Shown here piece after piece: positions 1-7,383 of a stretch of DNA of 43,346 bases. Below the pieces are notes generated by a model. That model was not told the origin of the DNA and ran no database searches. It worked only from the letters and a program-made list of their open reading frames with translations. The DNA lies in NCBI GenBank assembly GCA_049579625.1, contig JBAUOG010000798.1:1-43346 (forward strand). Reading direction: 5' to 3'. The stretch's first letter is position 1. The number at the start of each line of letters is the position of its first letter. Source of the stretch: Bryobacteraceae bacterium. Lineage in GTDB: Bacteria; Acidobacteriota; Terriglobia; Bryobacterales; Bryobacteraceae. The position numbers and the translations under genes are program-made.

Positions 1-56
1 AGCCAGTAGTTCGGTCACGCAACGCTTCGAAGGTTTCCCTCGTCGGGCTTATAGCT

Positions 57-323
57 TTAGGCGATTGGGAATCTGAAGGTGCACCTCGTCGTCGTTATCA
101 AACTTCCAATCATCAGATCTGCGAGGCGATTGCCGTCGATGAGTACAATCTTTCTTTCGATCCTCTCAACAAAGGCCACCGCATCCGGCGTAAATGTGGA
201 CGTAGTTATGAAAACGCCCTTGCGCGCTCGAAAACCTTCCAGGCTTCCGGCGAACGCTTGGACAAGCGGTCGACCGACCGAGTCCTTCCATCGTTTCGCC
301 TGGATGTAGATCAGGTCGAGTCC
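57..323 (-). pseudogene. mrr: Mrr-family (type IV) restriction endonuclease, C-terminal remnant
   Basis: Manual translation of the minus strand 323->57: GLDLIYIQAKRWKDSVGRPLVQAFAGSLEGFRARKGVFITTSTFTPDAVAFVERIERKIVLIDGNRLADLMI...*. This matches Mrr_cat hallmarks (IQAKRW, KGVFITTS, IVLIDG). No nearby start codon; the N-terminal HTH and the DGGIDG motif are missing. Not in the ORF track. Confidence 0.85.
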
Positions 324-997
324 AGTATTCGTCCATCCCGCATGGAGACAATCCGGTCGGCGAAACTCGCTGCCTCGGGGTTGTGCGTGATCATGAGAAT
401 GGTCTGACCTACCCTGTGGTTCACTTCGCGGAGCAGGTTCAGCACAGCGTTTGAGTTTTCCGTATCAAGATTGCCGGTGGGCTCGTCGGCGAGCAGAATG
501 GCCGGCTGATTAACCATGGCGCGGGCGATGGCGACGCGTTGCTGTTCGCCACCGGAGAGCGCTCTGGGCTTGTGATTGAGCCGCTGTGTGATGCCCAGCA
601 GGTCGAGCACTTCGGCGAAGTGCGGATCCGTGGGCCCGTTGTTGTGAGCCAGGTAGCGTGCAATCTCGATGTTGTCTCGCGCGGAAAGAGTCGGTAACAG
701 ATTGTACTTCTGAAAGACGAAGCCGACCTTGCGCTGGCGCAATTCGGTGCGCCCGGAATCACTGAGATCACGAATGTTCTGGCCATCGATAATCACTTCG
801 CCATCGGTGGGCGCAGAGAGGCCGCCGAGAATGTGGAACAGCGTGGACTTGCCGGAGCCGGACGGGCCAACCACGGCGAGAAACTCGCCGCGTTCGACCG
901 TGAGGTCGACTCCGCGCAGGGCGTGCACATCGACTTCGCCCACGTGATAGATCTTGCGAAGGCCCCGAACTTCAATGATGTGCGAAGAGCTAGTCAT
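311..997 (-). CDS. ABC transporter ATP-binding protein (LolD/MacB-like)
   Basis: Walker A GPSGSGKST, LSGGEQQRVAIARA signature, LLADEPTGNLD Walker B, ITHN H-loop. Start placed at ATG 997, which overlaps the permease stop. Confidence 0.93.
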   Translation of the reverse strand: MTSSSHIIEVRGLRKIYHVGEVDVHALRGVDLTVERGEFLAVVGPSGSGKSTLFHILGGLSAPTDGEVIIDGQNIRDLSDSGRTELRQRKVGFVFQKYNLLPTLSARDNIEIARYLAHNNGPTDPHFAEVLDLLGITQRLNHKPRALSGGEQQRVAIARAMVNQPAILLADEPTGNLDTENSNAVLNLLREVNHRVGQTILMITHNPEAASFADRIVSMRDGRILDST

Positions 998-2087
998 AGG
1001 CCAGGGCCTCGATTGCATCCTGGCGCGCGGCCTTGAGGCCCGGATAGATCGCGCCGAGCAGACCGCCCAAGAGCGCAATTCCCGTGGCGTAAATCCACCA
1101 TTCCGGTACCGTAACCACCTGCAGGGAGGCGGGCACCAAGCGCATAATCAGGGCCTTCGCGCCAAACGCCAGCACGATTCCGATGATTGATCCGGTTCCG
1201 GCGAGCACTACTGTTTCACGAACCAGGATGTTCAGGATAGTCGAGGGCTGGGCGCCGAGCGCTTTCAAAACACCAATCTCGCGGGTACGCTCAATGACCG
1301 CTGTATACATGGAGAGAAACACCACCAGGAACCCGACGAAAACCGAGAGTACAGTGATGACAGCGATAAACGCTTTGAGCGGAGGCAGATTGTTAATGCT
1401 GTACTGCGAAGCTAGCTCCTCGATGGAGATGGCCTGGAGGTTGCCCTCCAGAGTTTTATTCAGTTGGGCGACCACTTCGTTGGTGCGGTCCGGGGCGTCG
1501 ATCTTGACGAGGATCTGGTTCACCTTGTCGGGATTTCCAGACAGTTCCTGAAGCGTTTTAAGCGGAACCACCAAGCGCCCCAAGCGCCCACTCTCCACGA
1601 TGCCGGAAATGCGCCAGGGGTGATGAATGATTTGAATCGTTTGCCCGACGGAGAGGTTGTTCTGGCGGGCATAATACTCGTCGATGATGATGTCGTCCGG
1701 ACCCTGAAACGGTCCGCCGCTGATGAAGTGGAATCCGCCGCCTAACTTCGTGAATTGCTCCAGGTCAATACCGTTGACGGGTGTCAGGAGCACGGCAGGC
1801 ATTGAGTAAATCCCAACGGCCTGCTTGACGTGCGGCTGCTTGGCGACAAATGGGATGAACTTGGCATTTACCGGCGCTGACGAAAGTGCGAACGCGGTGG
1901 ACGAGCCGGGCCTCAGAACGATGTCAGCGCCGAGGTTGCGCCTCTGATTCGCCGTGTCCTGCAGCATGCCGCGGCTTAAGCCAACCAGCGTGAGAATGGA
2001 TGTCACTTGAACGCCGATGACGAGCGCACTGAGGAGTGTGCGCACCCAGCGGTGCTTCAAATTGGAAAGAACTAACTTGTTGATCAA
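990..2087 (-). CDS. ABC transporter permease, MacB/FtsX family
   Basis: N-terminal TM, large periplasmic domain, ERTREIGVLKALGA motif, three C-terminal TMs, ending in ..AIEALAYD. TTG start. Confidence 0.9.
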   Translation of the reverse strand: MINKLVLSNLKHRWVRTLLSALVIGVQVTSILTLVGLSRGMLQDTANQRRNLGADIVLRPGSSTAFALSSAPVNAKFIPFVAKQPHVKQAVGIYSMPAVLLTPVNGIDLEQFTKLGGGFHFISGGPFQGPDDIIIDEYYARQNNLSVGQTIQIIHHPWRISGIVESGRLGRLVVPLKTLQELSGNPDKVNQILVKIDAPDRTNEVVAQLNKTLEGNLQAISIEELASQYSINNLPPLKAFIAVITVLSVFVGFLVVFLSMYTAVIERTREIGVLKALGAQPSTILNILVRETVVLAGTGSIIGIVLAFGAKALIMRLVPASLQVVTVPEWWIYATGIALLGGLLGAIYPGLKAARQDAIEALAYD

Positions 2088-2137
2088 CGGGGATGGACCT
2101 GTACGGTGTGCCTGGGCGAGTGAAGGACTCCTCTAAA

Positions 2138-2143
2138 AGTATA
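2138..2143 (-). promoter_or_regulatory. Putative sigma70 -10 element (TATACT) for the ABC permease operon
   Basis: agtata on the plus strand reads TATACT on the minus strand, about 50 nt upstream of the permease start. Confidence 0.4.
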
Positions 2144-2274
2144 GCGAGACGGCGAAAATGGACTGGCGAGTTGCTGGCATGGCCATGCGGGTTGGCTGGA
2201 TTGGGAGACCTCGGCGTGGGTGCCCGTTCATCCTAATCGCCCGTAGAAACCCGAAGAGCGCCCGTCCGTCGATT

Positions 2275-2319
2275 GTAGGGTGGGCGCCCTTGCCCGCAAC
2301 CGGCGCTACGCCGGTTCAC
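2275..2319 (+). repeat. GTAG-type REP, left copy
   Basis: gtagggtgggcgcccttgcccgcaaccggcgctacgccggttcac: GTAG followed by a GC-rich hairpin and a second hairpin aaccggcg-cta-cgccggtt. Confidence 0.85.
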
Positions 2320-2490
2320 TGTTGGTCTGAGAGCTACGATCACGAGGTTCGTTCGGAGGCCGAGATGGAACGGATTCGACGTTATATCGAGCTTAATCCC
2401 GTAAAGGCCCGGTTGGTGGCCGAGCCTGGCCAGTATCGATGGTCGAGTGCCTGTCAACCCGTCGCCGCCACGCTCCATCAGGACGATTAG
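2320..2490 (+). pseudogene. RAYT / IS200-like Y1 transposase C-terminal fragment
   Basis: WSESYDHEVRSEAEMERIRRYIELNPVKARLVAEPGQYRWSSA matches the RAYT C-terminus (W..yDH.iR, catalytic YI..NPVK, WSS). The HUH-containing N-terminus is absent. Confidence 0.85.
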
Positions 2491-2507
2491 GAATACAAGA
2501 CCCCTGG

Positions 2508-2552
2508 GTGAACCGACGATGCGTCGGTTGCGGGCAAGGGCGCCCACCCTAC
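2508..2552 (-). repeat. GTAG-type REP, right (inverted) copy
   Basis: Reverse complement is gtagggtgggcgcccttgcccgcaaccgacgcatcgtcggttcac, identical to the left copy except within the second hairpin. Confidence 0.85.
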
Positions 2553-2659
2553 GTCGAGGGAATGGGCCTTCATTGGGTTTGATTGACGACGACCCTGGAA
2601 GTAGGATGGGTCCGCGACATCCCCAATGGCTAAAGTCTCGCGTCCTACCTCAGGCTAGG

Positions 2660-3529
2660 TCATCTCGTGGCCAGGAAATCGTGCGCCACTTGCACTACCG
2701 GCTCGTGGTCCTGGTCGACCCGGCGGTTCAGTTCGCGCATGGTCTTCTCATCCAGTTTGCCGGAGAGTTCGGCCAGCGCGGACTCGAGTCGGGGGTCTTT
2801 GCTGAGTGCGGCGAGGCGAACCACAAAGCAGGCTTGGTAAGGCGGGAAGGCGTGGCGATCGTCGGCCAATACGGCGAAGCGGCTGGAGCTGAGCAGGCCG
2901 TCGGTGGAATTGGCGGCTGCCATATCGACCTGTGATTGTTCAAGTGCCTGGTAAAGCAAACCCAAGTCCATGGTCTTGGCGTCGCCGCGCCATTTGAGCT
3001 GGTACGTCTCGTTGAGCCGGACAAGCCCGTCGGCCCGGGTCAGAAACTCATAGCCCACACCGAGCCGCCACTCGCGGCCCGCTGCCGCCGATAAAGTTGG
3101 AGCGGGCAGGGACTTGGCGTCGGCGGCTCTGACCACCATCGCAAAAGTGTCATTGAACCCGAGCGGCTTCAGCCATTTCAAGCGAAACTGATCGAGGTAC
3201 ATGCGCGACACGGTTTCAAAAGCTGCATTGGCATCGCTGGTAGGTGGCTGTTTCAGTACCGCCGTCAACGCCGTTCCGGTGTACTCGGGATAGAGATCAA
3301 TCTGGCCGCTGAGCAACGCTTGATGAGCCAGCAACGTACCACCGAGGTTGAGCTTGCGGTCGACGTGCACCGACAATCGACGCTCAATCTGTTGGGCAGC
3401 AATCTCACCCAGCAGCACCTGCTCGGTGAAGTTCTTCGAGGCCACTACGATGTTGGACCGCGGTGCGCACGAAGAGCACAACAGGATGATTCCGATGCTG
3501 ACGCAGTAGCGCAGGAGGGCTGTTGGCAT
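2660..3529 (-). CDS. Quaternary-amine ABC transporter substrate-binding protein (OpuBC/OsmF/EgtU-like), probable lipoprotein
   Basis: ASKNFTEQ, YPEYTGT, FNDTFA, EFLTRADG, MDLGLLY and FPPY motifs; hydrophobic N-terminus with Cys (LLCSSC). Start ATG 3529 lies 1 nt after the permease stop. Confidence 0.9.
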   Translation of the reverse strand: MPTALLRYCVSIGIILLCSSCAPRSNIVVASKNFTEQVLLGEIAAQQIERRLSVHVDRKLNLGGTLLAHQALLSGQIDLYPEYTGTALTAVLKQPPTSDANAAFETVSRMYLDQFRLKWLKPLGFNDTFAMVVRAADAKSLPAPTLSAAAGREWRLGVGYEFLTRADGLVRLNETYQLKWRGDAKTMDLGLLYQALEQSQVDMAAANSTDGLLSSSRFAVLADDRHAFPPYQACFVVRLAALSKDPRLESALAELSGKLDEKTMRELNRRVDQDHEPVVQVAHDFLATR

Positions 3530-3530
3530 A

Positions 3531-4151
3531 TCAGCGGCGTTTGGAGCCGCGCTCCAGGATACCCAGGCCGGCGTCGGCCAGTAGAGCCAGCAGCGCAGCC
3601 GGGATGGCGCCCGCGAGAATTGACAGGACATCCACCGACGCCACTCCGCGAAAGATGAGCACCCCCAGACCGCCTCCGCCAATCACTGCTGCGATGGTTG
3701 CAGTGCCGATGGTGGCAACCACGGCGATTCGGATTCCGGCAACGATGGTGGGCGCAGCCAGCGGAAGCTCGACGTAACGAAGCAGTTGGGCATCCGTCAT
3801 GCCCATCGCAATCGCCGCTTCGCGAACAGGCGCATCGACGCCCATGATTCCGACGATGGTGTTCCGCAACACCGGCAGAAGCGCGTAGAGCACCAGGGCC
3901 AGAATTGCTGTGTGCTGCCCGATGCCGCCGATGAAAGGGATCGGGATCAGGAAGCCGAACAGCGCGAGGCTGGGGATGGTTTGGAGGACATTGGCGACGG
4001 CGAGCGAGACACGGCGAAGGCCAGGCCGACGAGTGCCCAGGATGCCGAAACCCACTCCCAAGGCGATGGCGAAGGTGGCCGCGATACCCACCAGATAAAG
4101 GTGCTCGAGCGTTAGGGAAAGAACTTCGCGGAGGAGACTTCGCCAGATCAT
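3531..4151 (-). CDS. Quaternary-amine ABC transporter permease (OpuBB/OsmW-like)
   Basis: QTIPSLALFG, EAA motif (VREAAIAMGMT), GGGGLG motif, multiple TM segments. Confidence 0.92.
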   Translation of the reverse strand: MIWRSLLREVLSLTLEHLYLVGIAATFAIALGVGFGILGTRRPGLRRVSLAVANVLQTIPSLALFGFLIPIPFIGGIGQHTAILALVLYALLPVLRNTIVGIMGVDAPVREAAIAMGMTDAQLLRYVELPLAAPTIVAGIRIAVVATIGTATIAAVIGGGGLGVLIFRGVASVDVLSILAGAIPAALLALLADAGLGILERGSKRR

Positions 4152-4894
4152 TGGTTTCGGGCCGGCAGTGCGGGCAGCGTATCGAGAAAACGGCGGGCGG
4201 ACTTCAGTTCGGTCCGGAGAAACTCTTCCGGTGTTGCCAGCAACTCAAGCCGGCCATTTTCGAGCAAACCGACGCGCGTGCCCAGGACGAGCGCTTCGGC
4301 CACATCGTGGGTGACAAACACCGATGCGATATTGTAGCGGGTTCGCAGCGCCAGAAACTGTTGCTGCATCTCGTGCCGGGTAATTGGATCGAGTGCCCCA
4401 AACGGCTCGTCGAATAGCAGCAGCTTCGATTCGTTGGCCAGCGCGCGGGCCACACCAACACGCTGCCGCTGGCCGCCCGAGAGCTCATGCGGGTAGCGGT
4501 GGCCAAACGTCGTCTGCGGCAGGCCCACTTGATCCAACAGTTCCGCCACCCGCGCCGCGGTGCGATCCGCAGCCCACGATTCGAGGGTTGGCACGAGGCC
4601 GGCGTTTTGACTGACCGTCCAGTGCGGCAGCAATCCGACCTCCTGAATTACGTATCCGATGCGACGCCGAAGCGCGATAGGGTCCACCGTTTGAATGTCG
4701 CTGCCGTCCAGCATTATGCGGCCCGAAGCAGGCGACAGCATGCGATTGACGAGACGCAGCGCCGTGGTCTTGCCCGAACCGCTTTGGCCCAGCAGTACCA
4801 GCGTCTCGCCGGATTCGAGCGTGAAACTCAGGTTCTCGAGAATCGGCCGGCCGCCGGCATGATACGTGACGTTTTCAAAAGAGAGGAAGGACAG
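4148..4894 (-). CDS. Quaternary-amine ABC transporter ATP-binding protein (OpuBA/OsmV-like)
   Basis: The frame extends upstream of the tracked ORF to include LSFENVTY...GQSGSGKTT (Walker A); also LSGGQRQRVGVARA and FDEPFGALD. The only plausible in-frame start is CTG at 4894, 7 nt after GGAG. Confidence 0.88.
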   Translation of the reverse strand: MSFLSFENVTYHAGGRPILENLSFTLESGETLVLLGQSGSGKTTALRLVNRMLSPASGRIMLDGSDIQTVDPIALRRRIGYVIQEVGLLPHWTVSQNAGLVPTLESWAADRTAARVAELLDQVGLPQTTFGHRYPHELSGGQRQRVGVARALANESKLLLFDEPFGALDPITRHEMQQQFLALRTRYNIASVFVTHDVAEALVLGTRVGLLENGRLELLATPEEFLRTELKSARRFLDTLPALPARNQ

Positions 4895-4971
4895 AGGTGG
4901 TCTCCGGCTCGGTCATGCTCCAAGTTACTACCTTGGGACTTCGCCGCGACGGTCGCAAGGTCGGAGACGAG

Positions 4972-5928
4972 TCAGCGCGCACGCCACAGAGATTCGGCAA
5001 ATGGCCACTCCTGGTCGGTCCATGTGGTGACTACCTCGAAGCCGGCTTCGAGGCCAAATGCTTCGACCTCTGGCACGCTGAACTTGTGGCAGGATTCGGT
5101 CCAGATCGATTCTCCTTCCCGGAAGGTGACAGCGAGTTGCAAGGCCTCCACGAAGACCACTTGTTCGACGCTCGAAATCAAGTGAATCTCGATGCGATGC
5201 TGTTCTCCGTTCCAGAACGCCTGATGGCGAAACGCGCGGAGATTGAAGTTGCCGCCAAGTTCCGTATTGATGCGGCGCAAGAGATTCAAGTTGAAGGCGG
5301 CGGTAACGCCGAGCGAATCGTCGTAAGCAGCTATCAACGACTCCTCGGGCTTTACCAGGTCGGCTCCCAGCAGGAAAAGGTCACCCGGCTTCAGGAAGCC
5401 GCGTACCGTTTCGAGAAACTCGGGAATCGCTTCACGATCGAAATTGCCAATGGTGCTGCCCAGGAAGAGCACCAACAACTGATCGCCCTCCGTGCGCTGG
5501 TCTCGAACCTGGCGAAGACCCGTGAAGTAATCGCCCAGAATTGGTCGCACATGAGCGAGAGGCTCAAGTTCTCGCCGGCAAACCTCGAGGGCGGCGGGGG
5601 AGATATCGATGGGGCAGTATTTGACGAGTTCTCCATGGACGCCCGCGGCGCGGAGAAGATGACTGGTCTTGGATCCATCGCCCGACCCCAGTTCAGCAAT
5701 CAGAAATGGAGTCCGCAGTTGAGCGGACAATGCAGGCGCTTGTGTTTCGAGCAATCGCTCATCGGCGCGCGTCAAACCGTATTCGGGCAAGAGGGTGATG
5801 GCTTGAAAGAGCGCACTGCCGAGATCATCGTAAAAATAGCGTGGCGGGAGGGACTTCTCTCTTTTGGTTAACCCTTCGAGAACGTCAAAGGCGAAAGGGG
5901 CGAGTTCGCGCTGAACGGCTATTTGCAT
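4972..5928 (-). CDS. egtD: L-histidine N-alpha-methyltransferase
   Basis: KSLPPRYFYD..GSALF..IT.LPEY.LTR, ELGSGDGSKT, FLGSTIGNF, YDDSLGVTAAFNLNLL and WTESCHKF motifs; adjacent to egtB. Confidence 0.95.
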   Translation of the reverse strand: MQIAVQRELAPFAFDVLEGLTKREKSLPPRYFYDDLGSALFQAITLLPEYGLTRADERLLETQAPALSAQLRTPFLIAELGSGDGSKTSHLLRAAGVHGELVKYCPIDISPAALEVCRRELEPLAHVRPILGDYFTGLRQVRDQRTEGDQLLVLFLGSTIGNFDREAIPEFLETVRGFLKPGDLFLLGADLVKPEESLIAAYDDSLGVTAAFNLNLLRRINTELGGNFNLRAFRHQAFWNGEQHRIEIHLISSVEQVVFVEALQLAVTFREGESIWTESCHKFSVPEVEAFGLEAGFEVVTTWTDQEWPFAESLWRAR

Positions 5929-5938
5929 AGGAGTCTCT

Positions 5939-7204
5939 CTAGTTCTCTACGCAGCGGAAGGTCGCATACACGTAGGGATAATCCGGGCGAAACCAGTTTC
6001 GGAACGAGCGCCGCAATAAGCGGGCTGCTGTCCGTGGTGAGCCGCCCTTCAAAACGAAATGCTGGCTGTCGAAGAAATTAGCCGAATAGCCGGGATAGTG
6101 CGGCGAGGCAGCGAAGCCCTCAAATGGCCCGAATTGTGTATTGGTCCATTCCCATCCATTACCCAGCATTTGTAGCACGCCGAAGGCGCTCTCGTTCAAG
6201 GATGTAGCGGTGACGGGTTCAGGATCCCAGCGCTTGAAGTCGAAGTTGCCGAGGGTGTGATTCGGTGGGCTATTGCCCCAAGGGTACTCGCGGCTGCATT
6301 GCGAGTGGGTGCCGAAAGCGGCGCGATGAAACTGCTGCTCGGAAGGTAACTCCTTGCCCAGCCACCCTGCATAAGCCTGGGCCTCACGCTGAGTTACGTA
6401 AGCGGGCCAGTCCATCGGCAAGGGAATCGATTCGAACATGCCCCGGTAATTGAGGCCGTCCCCCGAGCGCACCCAAAACGAGGGCAGCGGGGCTCCGTCG
6501 TCTACAAACCGCAGATATTCTCCGTTGGTCACCTTATAGCGCTGCATGCGAAAAGCCGGAACGGTTACCCGGTGCTCGCTGTATTCGTTGTCCCAGCCGA
6601 AAGAACCATCCCGAGCCTTTCCCAGAACAGCTTCGCCCTTTTCGACCGTGCACCACTTGCTGTGAACTGGGATGGCGGAAGAGCCTGTGATGGATTCAGA
6701 AAGCGGCGGCCGTGTTTTCTTTTCGTGGGGAAAGTTATGGAACATGTACGCCAGAGTTTCCAGGTGCATCAGGCGATGCTCCAGAGCCATGTGGACCGCA
6801 TCGGCCGGCGCCTCTTCAAGCAACCGGTCCACTGCCTCGCGCGTCTTATTGACATACGCCTTAATGCGGTCCAGGGTGGGCCAATCAGAGGGTGCGTCCA
6901 TGGGCAGGTGCCCGGAATCGGGATCGATACCGGCCTGAAAAAGAGCGTCCAGCGCCGGTTCAGGCGACTGGACACCAAGGCCTTCCCGGCAATTCTGGAT
7001 GTAATCGAAGGCGTCCAAGTGGCCAACATAGAAGACCACACGATGGCGTTCGGCGATCGGCCGATCATAGAGAAACTGTGGAAGCAGGATCTCAAACAGG
7101 CGGTCACTCTCGTGGCGTGCCTGGACGAGTTCCTTGTGTGCTCGTTTGATGTCGCCGATTGAATCAGTCAGATGAGAGGTGTCAGTGGTGGCGAAAGTTG
7201 GCAT
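5939..7204 (-). CDS. egtB: Non-heme iron sulfoxide synthase (EgtB/Egt1-like; DinB plus FGE-sulfatase domains)
   Basis: FYVGH plus EHRLMHLET (HX3HXE) iron ligands; FGE-like C-terminal domain (NGWEWT, YPGYSANFFD, VLKGGS, FRNWF); upstream of egtD. Confidence 0.88.
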   Translation of the reverse strand: MPTFATTDTSHLTDSIGDIKRAHKELVQARHESDRLFEILLPQFLYDRPIAERHRVVFYVGHLDAFDYIQNCREGLGVQSPEPALDALFQAGIDPDSGHLPMDAPSDWPTLDRIKAYVNKTREAVDRLLEEAPADAVHMALEHRLMHLETLAYMFHNFPHEKKTRPPLSESITGSSAIPVHSKWCTVEKGEAVLGKARDGSFGWDNEYSEHRVTVPAFRMQRYKVTNGEYLRFVDDGAPLPSFWVRSGDGLNYRGMFESIPLPMDWPAYVTQREAQAYAGWLGKELPSEQQFHRAAFGTHSQCSREYPWGNSPPNHTLGNFDFKRWDPEPVTATSLNESAFGVLQMLGNGWEWTNTQFGPFEGFAASPHYPGYSANFFDSQHFVLKGGSPRTAARLLRRSFRNWFRPDYPYVYATFRCVEN

Positions 7205-7383
7205 CGGGACCCGTCTTTGGGTTAGGGGCTATGGCCTGTGTTTCGAAACGGTTACGGGAATTACGGGCTTCGCGAGAGCCTTGGGACGCAGTCTACCGCT
7301 TTTTGATGCCGGAGCCGGTCAGATTGTTACACCGCAAAACGCGCAGAAAATGCTCTGGTATCGTAGTGTACTTCCGTTAGAAT

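Larger units (their letters stand above)
2275..2552 (+). mobile_element. Internally deleted REP-associated tyrosine transposase (RAYT/REPtron) element
   Basis: 45-bp inverted repeats at 2275-2319 and 2508-2552, each beginning GTAG, enclose only the 3' part of a Y1/RAYT transposase. Confidence 0.85.

Noticed and set aside
79..309. 76-aa plus-strand ORF
   Set aside because: Antisense shadow of the mrr fragment, whose minus-strand frame has clear family motifs.
2158..2490. 110-aa ORF as an intact gene
   Set aside because: The N-terminal half reads through the REP and flanking DNA; only 2320-2490 is transposase-like.
4972..7204. Selenoneine (senABC) or ovothiol (ovoA) cluster
   Set aside because: No selD-like or SenB glycosyltransferase gene is adjacent, there is no C-terminal OvoA methyltransferase domain, and egtD is the neighbour.
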